Origin: a virus
Direction: 5' to 3' (one strand)
Virus record (IMG/VR): IMGVR_UViG_3300023273_000760
Coordinates: 1 to 64,000 of that record
Length of the DNA: 64,000 bases
The position numbers and the translations under genes were made by a program. Positions 1 to 9,487 of the stretch are shown here, piece by piece (the first letter of the stretch is position 1; each line of letters begins with the position of its first letter). The notes under the pieces are model-generated. The model was given only the letters and a program-made list of their open reading frames with translations. It did no database searches and was not told the origin of the DNA.

Positions 1-160
1 TAAACCGTACAACCTATCCCCGCGGGTTAGTGCGATGTGACTCAGCGTATTTCTACTACCAAGCCTGGGTACCACCCCTGGACAGTCAAGTTCGACCCTT
101 CTGGTAAAGGCCTCTTCCTTGCACTATATACATCGGACCGCTAAATCCTTTGTAACTTAT
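1..160 (-). ncRNA. Candidate structured non-coding RNA downstream of the major capsid gene (runs off window start)
   Basis: No long ORF. 73 of the first 140 nt are G+C in an AT-rich genome. Nested minus-strand helices: UAGUGC(121-126)/GCACUA(28-33), UGACU(84-88)/AGUCA(38-42), GUA-GAAA-UAC (47-56), GGGU-GGU-ACCC (67-77). Has its own promoter. Confidence 0.4.
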
Positions 161-167
161 AGTATAT

Positions 168-196
168 AATATAACAAATCTTTGTGAAAAAAGCAA
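168..196 (-). promoter_or_regulatory. Sigma70-type promoter with extended -10
   Basis: Minus strand TTGCTT-N17-TATATT with TG one base before the -10; fires into 1-160. Confidence 0.55.
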
Positions 197-235
197 TGGT
201 TAGGTTAACCAAAATAGATACTTTGAATAGTCAAT

Positions 236-264
236 AAAAAAGGGCGACATAAAGCCGCCCTTTT
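236..264 (-). terminator. Intrinsic terminator of the head operon
   Basis: Minus strand GGGCGGC-UUUAU-GUCGCCC followed by UUUUUU, ~25 nt after the capsid stop. Confidence 0.85.
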
Positions 265-288
265 CTGTGTTTCTATTAATTCTAAGAA

Positions 289-1452
289 TTAACTGAATGT
301 AACACCTGTTACTGATACACGTGACAAGTAGTCTGCCGCATTACCTAGAGATGATGCAGTGTTGTTTAACTCTACATAACCATATCTAGTCATGAAACTT
401 ACTACTGGTTCAAATGTAGTTGGATCTAACACAACACCTGAAGACATTAGCGGGATGTATGGGCAATAGAATGCCGCCGCATCTGATTCTGATGAGCCTT
501 TGTATCCAACAAGTACATCTGTTGTATCTGAAGCATAAGCGTCTACGTAGATTTTCATCGCACCGTTAAGTGTACCAACTAATTTAGTGTTAGTTGGAGC
601 ATCAAAAGTACCTTCAGTTGTTCTTGCGAACGCTGAAGTTGTAGCAGACTGAAGTACAGTTAACGTATGCGGTGAAACCACTGCAAAGTTACCTGCGCCG
701 CGTCTTGTACGCTGTGCAATCTTGTTAGCCGCTCTGTTAATCATAACAGCAAGAGCCGCGTGTTCGTCACCGACGAATGTTGCAGTTCCTGATACAGCAG
801 TTTGATCATACTGTACGTCTGATTCAGCCGCACCAGCCAAGTTACGTAATGAAGCAAGAACTTCTTGATCGATTTCAGCAGTAATTTCTTGTGCTAAAGC
901 CGCCATAATTTCTGCTTCCACGTCAATGCCTTGCTGTGCTTGTGCGTCTTGTGCAGACTCAAAAGTCCAACGTGCTGACAATTTACGTGTTTTCGCTTCA
1001 ACTGTTTGCTTTAAGATTTGAATTGACATACGCTTACCTGCAGTACCTTCAAGTGCCGCTGTTGCGTCTGCCTTATCAGTTGTAGCATTACCTGAATATC
1101 CAAGTGCTAACTTGAATGGTGATAATGCTTCCTCACCTGCTGTGGCGTCATCAAATGTATCTGAATAACGTACACGTAAAGTGTGGATTTGCCCTACTGG
1201 GCCAGTCATTGGTTGAACACCTACGATTTCGTTTGCGATAACCGTTGGCATAACCCTTCTAATTACTGGTAGGATAACTCTGTTTAAAGTAGCAACATTC
1301 CCGGCTGAAGTGGCACCTGCTGTTGCTGACTCTGAAAGATACTTTTTAGTATTTTCAAGAGTAGCATTCATTACAGATTTTTTAGTGCCTTGTAGGCCTT
1401 CAAGTAATGCGCTCTTAGTTTCCTGCCATCTACTTTCTAATAGTTCTGACAT
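289..1452 (-). CDS. gp23: Major capsid protein, T4 gp23 family
   Basis: Motifs VGVQPMTGPVGQI, TVEAKTRKLSARWT, EITAEID, FYCPYIPL, TRYG; follows scaffold and protease; AGGAG RBS. Confidence 0.96.
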   Translation of the reverse strand: MSELLESRWQETKSALLEGLQGTKKSVMNATLENTKKYLSESATAGATSAGNVATLNRVILPVIRRVMPTVIANEIVGVQPMTGPVGQIHTLRVRYSDTFDDATAGEEALSPFKLALGYSGNATTDKADATAALEGTAGKRMSIQILKQTVEAKTRKLSARWTFESAQDAQAQQGIDVEAEIMAALAQEITAEIDQEVLASLRNLAGAAESDVQYDQTAVSGTATFVGDEHAALAVMINRAANKIAQRTRRGAGNFAVVSPHTLTVLQSATTSAFARTTEGTFDAPTNTKLVGTLNGAMKIYVDAYASDTTDVLVGYKGSSESDAAAFYCPYIPLMSSGVVLDPTTFEPVVSFMTRYGYVELNNTASSLGNAADYLSRVSVTGVTFS

Positions 1453-1463
1453 TTTTTTCTCCT

Positions 1464-2563
1464 TTAATTTAATCCTGCAAGACGTCTAATGTCTACAACA
1501 TTGTCTGAAGTTGCAGAATTGCTTGCGCTACTAACGTTAGTTTCTTTATTGCCTGTTACTTCTTTTGCCTCTGTGAGCGTTGCCTTACGCTTCGCTGGAG
1601 TGTTACCGTCAATAACTGATGGTAGATACTTGTCAAACTGCTTTTGAATATTTTCAGTTCTAACAGACTCCAGTAAGTCTAACATTATTTCTTTCTGATC
1701 GTTGCTCAACGGAGCAGTTAATTCAGAAATAATTTCTTTTCTTTTTGCAGAATCTTGTGCTGATTTAATTTCAGCATCTTTTGATTCGACTAATTTAGCC
1801 TTTTCACTAACAGTTGCTTTCGCTTCTGCTAACTGTTTATCTTTCAACTCAACTACTTTCATCAATTTAGCAGTTTCTGATTTCTCATTCAAATATGAAT
1901 GTGAATACTCGTCTGCGAATGTTTCAAATAGTTTACGTCCAAAGTCATTTCTACGTGCCGCATCAATATCTTCCTTAAGTGAAGTAATCTCTTTCGAAAG
2001 TGTTTTTGCAACAGTGTTTTCAACAACTTTAGCGCCTTTCTTAATGAAAGACTCTTTAACAGTTTGTAAGTGCTTTTTAGCCTCACGAATTAATCGAACT
2101 TTTGTTTCTGCAAGGTCTTTTTTATCTTCATGGAACTCTGCAATTTCTTTTGCTAAAGCCTCTACAACGAATTCTTCTAGTTTGCCAAATTTCTCTGACA
2201 TAACTTTTTGATCTTCGTGTAGTTCCGAGACTTCTTTACCAAGTTGAGAAACTACAAAGTTTTTAAGTAAGTCTGCGTTTTCACGCATTGCTACATGGTA
2301 CTTTGCTCTTGCTTCAGCAAGTTGTTTCCTATCGTCTGCAAATTCCGTAATCTCTTCGGCCAGTTTATCATCAAGCATTTTTTCAACTGCTTCAATCATA
2401 ACTGATTTGTCATGCTCATACTTTTGAGCAAACTCTTCTCGAAGTTCGGATGTTACTTGCATACGGTTTTCTTGAATCTTGGTATCCCAAGCCTCTTGGA
2501 TGTCGGCTTTAACTTCTTCTGAATAGCGTTATTCTCAAAAAGTGATTTCAGTGCTTCCAACAT
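1464..2563 (-). CDS. gp22: Prohead core scaffold protein (gp22-like); apparent 1-nt frameshift near 2522
   Basis: Coiled-coil acidic/basic protein between protease and capsid. AAGGAG RBS plus ATG at 2563 gives MLEALKSLFENNAI; adding one T gives SEEVKADIQEAWDTKIQENR, which joins the 1464-2462 ORF. Confidence 0.8.
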
Positions 2564-2573
2564 CTTGTTCTCC

Positions 2574-3200
2574 TTATTTTAATCCTTTGATGATGTTTAC
2601 TAAGGACTCTTTTAAATATTTCTGTGCCTTTGTGTCATTTTGAACTTCGCGAGCCAAGTTAAGTGCCTGATACCCACCGCGGGCATTCATCAAATGCTCA
2701 TAAATTGGTGTCGGATATGCACCAGGAGCAGATGGTTGAGCAACAATATCAACAGTAATAATCTCGAAATCACTTACATTGTTGTCTTCATTAACGTTAC
2801 CACTTCCCCTAGATGAGACTCCTAGTTTAACTCCGCTTTCTAGCATTGTTTTAACTAGTTGTCCCATTGGGGTTGGTAAAATTTTCATTTTTCCGTAACC
2901 GTTTGGTCCATCCATCCACATTTCTGTGATCATATGGCTTACACGATCTAAGTTAATGTTTAGACCTTCTGGATGATCAACTTCTCCGAGAACTGAATAT
3001 CCTCCCGATATTTGATCGTTGAGAGTGTTGACAGCCCTACCGATTTCACTTACAGGATACACACGCTGGTTAGCGTTGCGTACACCGCCTTGGATACAAA
3101 TACCTTTTAAATGAAGGTCTTTGCCGCCATTTTCAGTGTCGGTGGTCTCCAGGACGATCTTTGCCTGGTCGAATGTCAAGTTCTCTCGTAAGTTTAGCAT
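2574..3200 (-). CDS. gp21: Prohead protease, T4 gp21 family
   Basis: NANQRVYP, GEVDHP, LDRVSH, GVSSRGSG, DIVAQPSAPGA motifs. Confidence 0.94.
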   Translation of the reverse strand: MLNLRENLTFDQAKIVLETTDTENGGKDLHLKGICIQGGVRNANQRVYPVSEIGRAVNTLNDQISGGYSVLGEVDHPEGLNINLDRVSHMITEMWMDGPNGYGKMKILPTPMGQLVKTMLESGVKLGVSSRGSGNVNEDNNVSDFEIITVDIVAQPSAPGAYPTPIYEHLMNARGGYQALNLAREVQNDTKAQKYLKESLVNIIKGLK

Positions 3201-3218
3201 CTAATAAAGTCCTTACAA

Positions 3219-4178
3219 TTAAGAGCCGATGATTGATTTATCGTCGACACTTCCTTCGCCTGCGCCTTTTTTCTCAGCGCCGTGGCCTTTGGCATTTGAT
3301 AATGACTTAGAAGCCTTACCGCCTGGAACATTTACGTTACCTGCGTTTTCTTCTTTAGGAGCACTAGCACCAGTTCCGCCTTTTTCTTCTGCTGAACCTT
3401 TTGCAATATTTGCAGTAGTACCACCCATGTCATTTTTGCCAGCAACTGGAGACTTAGACTTATCAGCGTTATTGCTAGGTGCAGAAACTTTTTCTACATA
3501 CTCGCGCATCTGTTCAGCCTGTGATTTTTGTCCTTCGAATGCTGGTTGGTTATCAATACCAAGTTCTGGAGCAAATTGCTCCTCTTCTGGCTCTTCTTCA
3601 CCTTCTTCGTCGCCCATGTCCATTTCAGCGTCGTCGCCTTCGCCTTCATCTTCATCGCCGTCATTTCCGCCGTCCATCATTTTTTCAAATTCGGCTTTAA
3701 GGTCATCTAGAGCATCTTCTAAGTCAACTACACGGTCTTCAATTTCTTCTTCACCGTCTTCGTCGCCTTCATCACCGCCTTCAATATCAGCCATCATGTC
3801 ATCAGTAGCATCGCCACCCATGTCATCTTCTGCTTCTGGGGTAATTTCGTCAAAATTCTCATCAACTTCTTCATCATCTGAAGATTCGTCAACTTCTTTA
3901 TCATCTGAAGATTCGTCAACTTCTTTATCATCTGAAGATTCGTCTACTTTGTCGTCTTCTGCATCATCATCTTTTGATGCTTCATCAACTTCTTCGTCGT
4001 CTTTTGATGATTCGTCAACTTCTTTGTCTTCGATTTCTTCTAGTTCATTCTCTAAAAGATTTTCATAAATTGTTCTTGATTTTTCTACAACGATTTCATG
4101 AAAAAGGTCTTCTGCACCTTTTTTGTCCTCGTTCACTAATTTTTCGAGCATTTCCTCGAATTTATTACGATCTGCCAT
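3219..4178 (-). CDS. Highly acidic prohead core/internal protein (gp67/gp68 position)
   Basis: D/E-rich 319 aa with VDE repeats, located between portal and protease; GGAGG RBS. Confidence 0.55.
   Translation of the reverse strand: MADRNKFEEMLEKLVNEDKKGAEDLFHEIVVEKSRTIYENLLENELEEIEDKEVDESSKDDEEVDEASKDDDAEDDKVDESSDDKEVDESSDDKEVDESSDDEEVDENFDEITPEAEDDMGGDATDDMMADIEGGDEGDEDGEEEIEDRVVDLEDALDDLKAEFEKMMDGGNDGDEDEGEGDDAEMDMGDEEGEEEPEEEQFAPELGIDNQPAFEGQKSQAEQMREYVEKVSAPSNNADKSKSPVAGKNDMGGTTANIAKGSAEEKGGTGASAPKEENAGNVNVPGGKASKSLSNAKGHGAEKKGAGEGSVDDKSIIGS
3874..3944. repeat. 27-nt tandem repeat, ~2.6 copies (encodes KEVDESSDD)
   Basis: tcatctgaagattcgtcaacttcttta at 3874 and 3901, partial copy at 3928. 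Confidence 0.9.
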
Positions 4179-4222
4179 TTCAAATCCTCCTATAAGTTTA
4201 AATATGGTAAGGCTGTCAGTAA

Positions 4223-4230
4223 TATTTACA
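4223..4230 (-). promoter_or_regulatory. T4-type late promoter box (TGTAAATA)
   Basis: Variant of TATAAATA, 45 nt upstream of the acidic core gene. Confidence 0.6.
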
Positions 4231-4251
4231 TATTATTGGAAATATACGTGG

Positions 4252-4284
4252 AAAATAGGCTCAAAACGAATCGTTTTGGAACCC
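4252..4284 (-). terminator. Hairpin, possible terminator
   Basis: Minus strand GGGUUC-C-AAAACG-AUU-CGUUUU-GAGCCU then AUUUU, just after the 198-aa gene. Confidence 0.45.
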
Positions 4285-4292
4285 GAGTGTGA

Positions 4293-4889
4293 TTATTTAA
4301 ATCTTTTAACAAATTCATCAACTGTTATGTGTGATAAATTTGAAAAGTTTTTTAAACTTTTTGGGACGAAGATATCGTCTTCAGCAACTACTCTTATATA
4401 TCTCTTTTTACTATTTCTTTGCAAAATAATACCAACTTGACGTTCCCAGTTACCATAATACGTTGCTGGGTCTGCTTTTCTTTTGTAATTAAATGTGCCT
4501 GCATATATGTTGTTTACACGATCACTAACATCGCCTCTGCCTGTAGTTCCCTTAAAATCAAACCCTATAATATAGATATTTTCATTCCCGTGTTCTGTTG
4601 CTAAATCTAGTGCTGTAGGTCCAGAACTCCATCCTTTTGACGGATTCATAATATTCAATTTGGCAATATCTTTAAAGGTTTTATTATGATTGGTGTATAC
4701 GTTATGCTTCAGATGCCAGTTAGTTTTCACTATTTCTAGAACCATTTTAGCGTCAACTGCTACTAGATAATCTGGTTCATACTCTCGATATAAAGCGTTA
4801 CAGCCGTATACTTTGCCGTATTGTTTTAATGGTTCTAATGGAATTGTTTGTCTGCTTGTGCCGTTACCTAGAACGAATGCTGTGGACAT
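4293..4889 (-). CDS. Maf/DUF115/CstII-like glycosyltransferase-fold protein
   Basis: AFVLGNGTS, VYGCNALY, DYLVAVD, SSGPTA, IYIIGFDF motifs typical of this fold. Confidence 0.6.
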   Translation of the reverse strand: MSTAFVLGNGTSRQTIPLEPLKQYGKVYGCNALYREYEPDYLVAVDAKMVLEIVKTNWHLKHNVYTNHNKTFKDIAKLNIMNPSKGWSSGPTALDLATEHGNENIYIIGFDFKGTTGRGDVSDRVNNIYAGTFNYKRKADPATYYGNWERQVGIILQRNSKKRYIRVVAEDDIFVPKSLKNFSNLSHITVDEFVKRFK

Positions 4890-4907
4890 CTACCTATGCT
4901 CCGCAAC

Positions 4908-5147
4908 TTAAACTTCAGGTTGAGATGCAATACCGTACATTTGTCTTACAAAATGTAATTCTTTTTGTTTTTCTTCATTATGATATTCGCTTGCTCTACG
5001 TGCTTTATTAATTTGCTTTAGTGTAAGTCTTGTTTTGCGAGTATCATCTCTTTGTACAATGGATTCGTCATCAGCCGGATCGTACGACTTATCTTCGTTC
5101 GGTTCCATAGTTTCTTTGTCAAAGTAAAAAAATTCACGTAGTATCAT
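4908..5147 (-). CDS. Small head-operon protein (79 aa, MILREFF...)
   Basis: Start reassigned to the ATG at 5147 so it does not overlap the portal; preceded by GATAAATA. Confidence 0.7.
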   Translation of the reverse strand: MILREFFYFDKETMEPNEDKSYDPADDESIVQRDDTRKTRLTLKQINKARRASEYHNEEKQKELHFVRQMYGIASQPEV

Positions 5148-5152
5148 AAAAG

Positions 5153-5160
5153 TATTTATC
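5153..5160 (-). promoter_or_regulatory. Late promoter box (GATAAATA)
   Basis: 5 nt upstream of the ATG at 5147. Confidence 0.6.
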
Positions 5161-5163
5161 CTA

Positions 5164-6912
5164 TTATGCTGTAGGCACTGGTTCTGCGCCGCCGCCTGTT
5201 GCAGTATCTGGTGGTGTCGCCGCGCCACCGTCTGTTGGTGCTGGTTCTGCATTTGGATCAATGTCTTCCCCTGCTCCCATATCTGCTCCCATTCCTGCAC
5301 CACTAATACCAACATCTCGCATTTCTGCACTTGCATCTGTTGGTAACGGTGTTAGATTTTCATCATTTTCTTCACGCCACATACGTTCGTTTTCTGCAAC
5401 TTCTTCATCGTTCATTCCTAAGAAACGTTTCATTGCAAACCTATTTGATAAGAACGGAACTGCTTGAACTTGTGTAAATGTTGGAATACGTACATTATCA
5501 AGTTCTGATTGTCTGTATGAAGCAAAGTTCATTGGCTCTTGGAATTCAATATCAAACATTGAAATGTCAATATTCATACCTTTTTCTAATAGGTAACGTT
5601 TAAACTCCTCATTAAACTGTGATACAACTAAATTTTGTAAACGTTCGCAATACTTATTAAAACGTAATTCTTGAATATATGCTGTGCCAACTCTACCGTC
5701 ATTGTATTGACTCTGTCCTTCGTCTTGTGCCGCTGTTGGCAAGTAACTACTTGGAATACGCAAACCTCTAATAAGTTTGTTAGTAAAATATTTTAAGTCG
5801 TCAATTTCACCTAAGTTAGTACCACCTGGTAATGTTTCAACTTTAGATCCACGTCCTTCTGCTGTTTGCGGGAAGAAGTAATCTTCGTTTGTTGACAATG
5901 GATTATATGCACTATCAATTACACTTGTTGAGCCGCCTGTGCTACTTGGAATACGTCTTTGATGAATTTCTGTTTTAACACGCTCAACAAATTGCATTGC
6001 CAAGTGCGATGGCATATTACCTACATCAATGTAAAATACTCTACGCTCTGGTGCTCGTTGTGTTCTGTAAATAATAATAGCATCTTCGAGTAATTCTTTT
6101 TGTTTATAAACTTTAAAGATTGATTCTAATAATGAATTACCAAATGGATAGTTGTTATCTAATCCTTCTGATAGCGACAAGTGGACAACGTGTTCTGCAT
6201 CAATAGCATATTCTTGTTGTCCTGTTTGAAATCTACTTCCACCTTGTGATGTTCCAGTATTACCTACCATTCCTTGTGCGCCGCCTGCTTGATAACCTGT
6301 CGCAGGTTGTGAAGCACCGCCGCCTGTTACATTACCTGATGTAACATACGGGTCTGTAATAATTTGATCACGGAAATTAAAATTAATATCTTTTATAATA
6401 TATTGTTCAGGCTTTTTACCTTCGCTTTCGTTTACAATAATACGTGAAACTTTTGCAGGATCTACGTGATACCATTTTTTAGTTTCTGGATCTCTAATGA
6501 AAAAGGAATCTCCGTATTTGAATACATTACGTAAAATACGAAACATTTTTGTATCAAAGTTTTGCAGTTTACTCCATTGTAATAGGTACTGCTGTAAAAC
6601 TTTAATTTCTGAACTGGTGCCAGGCTTGTTAAATTTTAAAGCAAAATTAGTTCCGTTTGTAGGATTTTGATGAGAGCAAAACTCTCCTAAGATATCTAGT
6701 GCCGCATTAACTTCTGAATCGTTATCCATTACATTATATTGACCATAACGTTCAACGCGGTTTGGTGAACCTACATACACATCTGGAAGATAACTTGAAT
6801 AGTTTGATCGTGCCGGTCCTGGCTCCATACCGCCTCGTCCACTAAATGGACTTAATGAACCTGAATTATTATCTCCTGTTGGTACATTTGTAAAATATCT
6901 TTTCCAACTCAT
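5164..6912 (-). CDS. gp20: Portal vertex protein, T4 gp20 family
   Basis: EDAIIIYRTQRAPERRVFYIDVGNMP, EDYFFP, VETLPGG, LRIPSSYL, ELRFNKY motifs. Confidence 0.96.
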   Translation of the reverse strand: MSWKRYFTNVPTGDNNSGSLSPFSGRGGMEPGPARSNYSSYLPDVYVGSPNRVERYGQYNVMDNDSEVNAALDILGEFCSHQNPTNGTNFALKFNKPGTSSEIKVLQQYLLQWSKLQNFDTKMFRILRNVFKYGDSFFIRDPETKKWYHVDPAKVSRIIVNESEGKKPEQYIIKDINFNFRDQIITDPYVTSGNVTGGGASQPATGYQAGGAQGMVGNTGTSQGGSRFQTGQQEYAIDAEHVVHLSLSEGLDNNYPFGNSLLESIFKVYKQKELLEDAIIIYRTQRAPERRVFYIDVGNMPSHLAMQFVERVKTEIHQRRIPSSTGGSTSVIDSAYNPLSTNEDYFFPQTAEGRGSKVETLPGGTNLGEIDDLKYFTNKLIRGLRIPSSYLPTAAQDEGQSQYNDGRVGTAYIQELRFNKYCERLQNLVVSQFNEEFKRYLLEKGMNIDISMFDIEFQEPMNFASYRQSELDNVRIPTFTQVQAVPFLSNRFAMKRFLGMNDEEVAENERMWREENDENLTPLPTDASAEMRDVGISGAGMGADMGAGEDIDPNAEPAPTDGGAATPPDTATGGGAEPVPTA

Positions 6913-6918
6913 ATCTTT

Positions 6919-9420
6919 TTATCCTACGCCCTTCAATAAGTTACCTTGTAACCCTTTTGTTGCATTAACTTGGGCTCTAAGTAATTTGTTTTGTTCTTTT
7001 AATAAATCTATCATGGCTAATGCTGTACTGTTATTTAATCCATCTGAACTACTAACAGCATTAGAAGTGGTTGATGCTGATGCCGTTGTTGTACTATATG
7101 ATTTTGGTTCTGGTTTATCAGTCAATGCTATATCAGTATCTTCTCTTTTTGGTACTGTAGAATTAAACGGTGAATCTGCAGGTACTGGAGTTTTGATTCC
7201 TGTTTCTCTTTCTTTTGCGTCAGCAATTTTGGCTTCTGCTTCATCTTCGTCATCGTCACTGCCAAACCAATTAAACGGATTGAGCATTTTAATTTTATCA
7301 TAAATCCAAGAAACAGTATCACCTACCCAGCCAAACATAGTCATAAATGTATCGTAAATGAACATAATTGGAGTCTTTACCTTATCCCATATCCAACCAA
7401 ATGTATCTCCAATCCATCCAAACATTGTCATAAATGTTGACGTATAAAAATTAATAACCGGTTGTATGAAATCCCAAAGTGCGCCTACCTTTTCAGATAT
7501 CCAACCAAATAGTGTTCCTAATGTATCTGAAAAGAATTGCATTGTAGGACCTACTAGATCCCATAACATTGCCGCTTTGTCACCAATCCAAGAAAATACT
7601 CCCGATAGTGCGTCCCAGGCTCCGCCGATCCATCCTTTAATCGTTTCCCATCCAAACATTGCCAGCAATGCCGCACCGATTGCGAGGAATGGTGCAATAA
7701 TTGGTGCTGTAATAAGAGTTAGTATACCTGCACCTAATCCAATTAAAATAGTATCAAGATTACTTACAATCGCATTCCAAATACCAGAACCAATGTTGCT
7801 TACTAAAGAATTAAATGCTGTTCCAATAGCAGGACTAATTTTTTTATCCCAAACACTGCTGACAAAATTCATAATCTTATCCGTTATGCCTTCACCTTCG
7901 GCCGCTGAATCCCATTCTTCTTTAAGGAATGCAACCGTATCTTTTGCCCAATTAATAAGTCCTGTTGTAAATTCTTCAATCTTACTAACACCGCTTTCAC
8001 CTTTATCAGTAAACCAACTAGTAAATTTTCCAACATTGTCAACTAGCATATCAAACAATCCGCTTTCAACAAACACTTCCATTAGTTTTGCTCTTGCGCC
8101 AGCAATAGCATTTTCAAAGTTTGCGATAGCCGATGTACCTTTGTTACGCTTTTTTTGTTCCTCTTCAATTTCTTTAAAGTTCATGTTGTTTACTTTACCA
8201 GACATTTTTCTATAATCTGAAATTCCACTTAGTAAACCATCAAACCCTTCTTTGCCCATCAACGCCTGAATTGCGGCTGGATCCATATCTTTAAGCATTG
8301 ATTCAATTTGAGGACCAAATGCGGCCATTTTCTTCATGTATTCTTCTTGACCGATAGCACCATCACCCATTTGTTTTTGGAGTTCAGCAAAACCTGGAAT
8401 AGTTGATGCAAGTTTTTGTGCTAGAGGAGTTTGAGCAACACCGTCTGCCATATCTTTAATAGCACCTGCAAAACCTGGTAATTCAGATTCAACAAATGCT
8501 AAGTTGTTTTCAAAGTTTTTAAGATTTTCACCTTCTAATCTCATTTTTAATGCAAGTACGTTTGCTTCAGCATTTTGTTGTTTTAATAATGCTTCTGCTT
8601 CTTTTCGTGATTTACCTGTTACTTTAGCAAGTCGATCAATCTGCATTAAATAATCTTCAGATCCTTTGCGTAATTGTGCATCACTCATGCCTTGCAGTCT
8701 ACCTTGACGTGCTTGCATTTCCATGTATTCAGCAGTATGTTGATTAAGTTGCTCCATGGTAAATCCCATTCCCATAAAGTCTTGTCTGCTATTTCTAATA
8801 TCTTTTGCTAATTGACCAAAACGTTTTGCACCTTCAGTAGTTGTGCCACCAAGTAACATCATCTTGTCAGCATTATTACCAACCATCTCAGCAAACGCAT
8901 CTAGACCTAGTCCTGCTTGTGATGCCGCCATATTCATTTCAACTACGTTGTTACCAAAACTTGCGCCTACATCACTTAAATCTCTAAAAGTATCTACATT
9001 TCCTTCAATAAATCCTGTTAGTCCGCCGAGTGCATTTCCAATAAGTGGAACGTGCTGAGCAAAGTCGCTCATTCTGTTGCCGCCGGCGATGAATTCCATT
9101 CCTAATGCGCCAGCAGAAGTTACAAGACCCATCAAGCCTTTAGTTAACAATCCAGTCGCACTGCTAAGTCCCTTACCAAAGTTGTCTAATAATGTTGTAG
9201 TGTTTGAAATATTCTCACCAAAATCTCCTAATTTAGGAGAAAGGCCAGTTAATACTTTACTAATGCCGCCAGGACCGCCGGCTCCACCAGCACCGCCTCC
9301 GCCACCGGCTCCACCACCGCCTTTTTTAAGGGCGCGAAGTATCTCTTTAAGAGTAGAGTCCTCAGCCGCGTTTTGTGCAACTACGTTACCAAATCCAGGA
9401 ATATCAACTGTTACTGCCAT
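6919..9420 (-). CDS. Probable tail tape-measure protein
   Basis: 833 aa, helical and Ala/Gly-rich, with a hydrophobic segment and periodic F/W repeats (FGWIGD/LWD); divergent from gp26-like chaperone. Confidence 0.7.
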   Translation of the reverse strand: MAVTVDIPGFGNVVAQNAAEDSTLKEILRALKKGGGGAGGGGGAGGAGGPGGISKVLTGLSPKLGDFGENISNTTTLLDNFGKGLSSATGLLTKGLMGLVTSAGALGMEFIAGGNRMSDFAQHVPLIGNALGGLTGFIEGNVDTFRDLSDVGASFGNNVVEMNMAASQAGLGLDAFAEMVGNNADKMMLLGGTTTEGAKRFGQLAKDIRNSRQDFMGMGFTMEQLNQHTAEYMEMQARQGRLQGMSDAQLRKGSEDYLMQIDRLAKVTGKSRKEAEALLKQQNAEANVLALKMRLEGENLKNFENNLAFVESELPGFAGAIKDMADGVAQTPLAQKLASTIPGFAELQKQMGDGAIGQEEYMKKMAAFGPQIESMLKDMDPAAIQALMGKEGFDGLLSGISDYRKMSGKVNNMNFKEIEEEQKKRNKGTSAIANFENAIAGARAKLMEVFVESGLFDMLVDNVGKFTSWFTDKGESGVSKIEEFTTGLINWAKDTVAFLKEEWDSAAEGEGITDKIMNFVSSVWDKKISPAIGTAFNSLVSNIGSGIWNAIVSNLDTILIGLGAGILTLITAPIIAPFLAIGAALLAMFGWETIKGWIGGAWDALSGVFSWIGDKAAMLWDLVGPTMQFFSDTLGTLFGWISEKVGALWDFIQPVINFYTSTFMTMFGWIGDTFGWIWDKVKTPIMFIYDTFMTMFGWVGDTVSWIYDKIKMLNPFNWFGSDDDEDEAEAKIADAKERETGIKTPVPADSPFNSTVPKREDTDIALTDKPEPKSYSTTTASASTTSNAVSSSDGLNNSTALAMIDLLKEQNKLLRAQVNATKGLQGNLLKGVG

Positions 9421-9446
9421 TATTATATGCTCACTTTATCAGACAC

Positions 9447-9476
9447 TATAAATACTTGTGCTATATACTATTTAGC
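9447..9476. promoter_or_regulatory. Face-to-face late promoter boxes for divergent genes
   Basis: TATAAATA (+, 9447-9454) before gp26; GCTAAATA (-, 9469-9476) before the tape-measure gene. Confidence 0.65.
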
Positions 9477-9487
9477 AGGAGATAAAA

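Noticed and set aside
1-160. Possible tRNA or tmRNA
   Set aside because: No cloverleaf with TTCGA arm and acceptor stem could be built on either strand; GTTCGA at 90-95 lacks a matching T-stem context.
3874-3944. Tandem repeats (also 11236-11326) as a CRISPR-like array
   Set aside because: No spacers; unit lengths are multiples of 3 and lie inside coding low-complexity regions.
3229-4068. 279-aa Ser-rich plus-strand ORF
   Set aside because: Antisense shadow of the acidic core gene; the same applies to 1702-2211, 7466-8215, 12242-12736, 44302-44826, 45939-46436 and other short opposite-strand ORFs.
5148-5336. N-terminal 63 aa of tracked ORF 4908-5336
   Set aside because: Overlaps the portal C-terminus out of frame; the late box points to ATG 5147.
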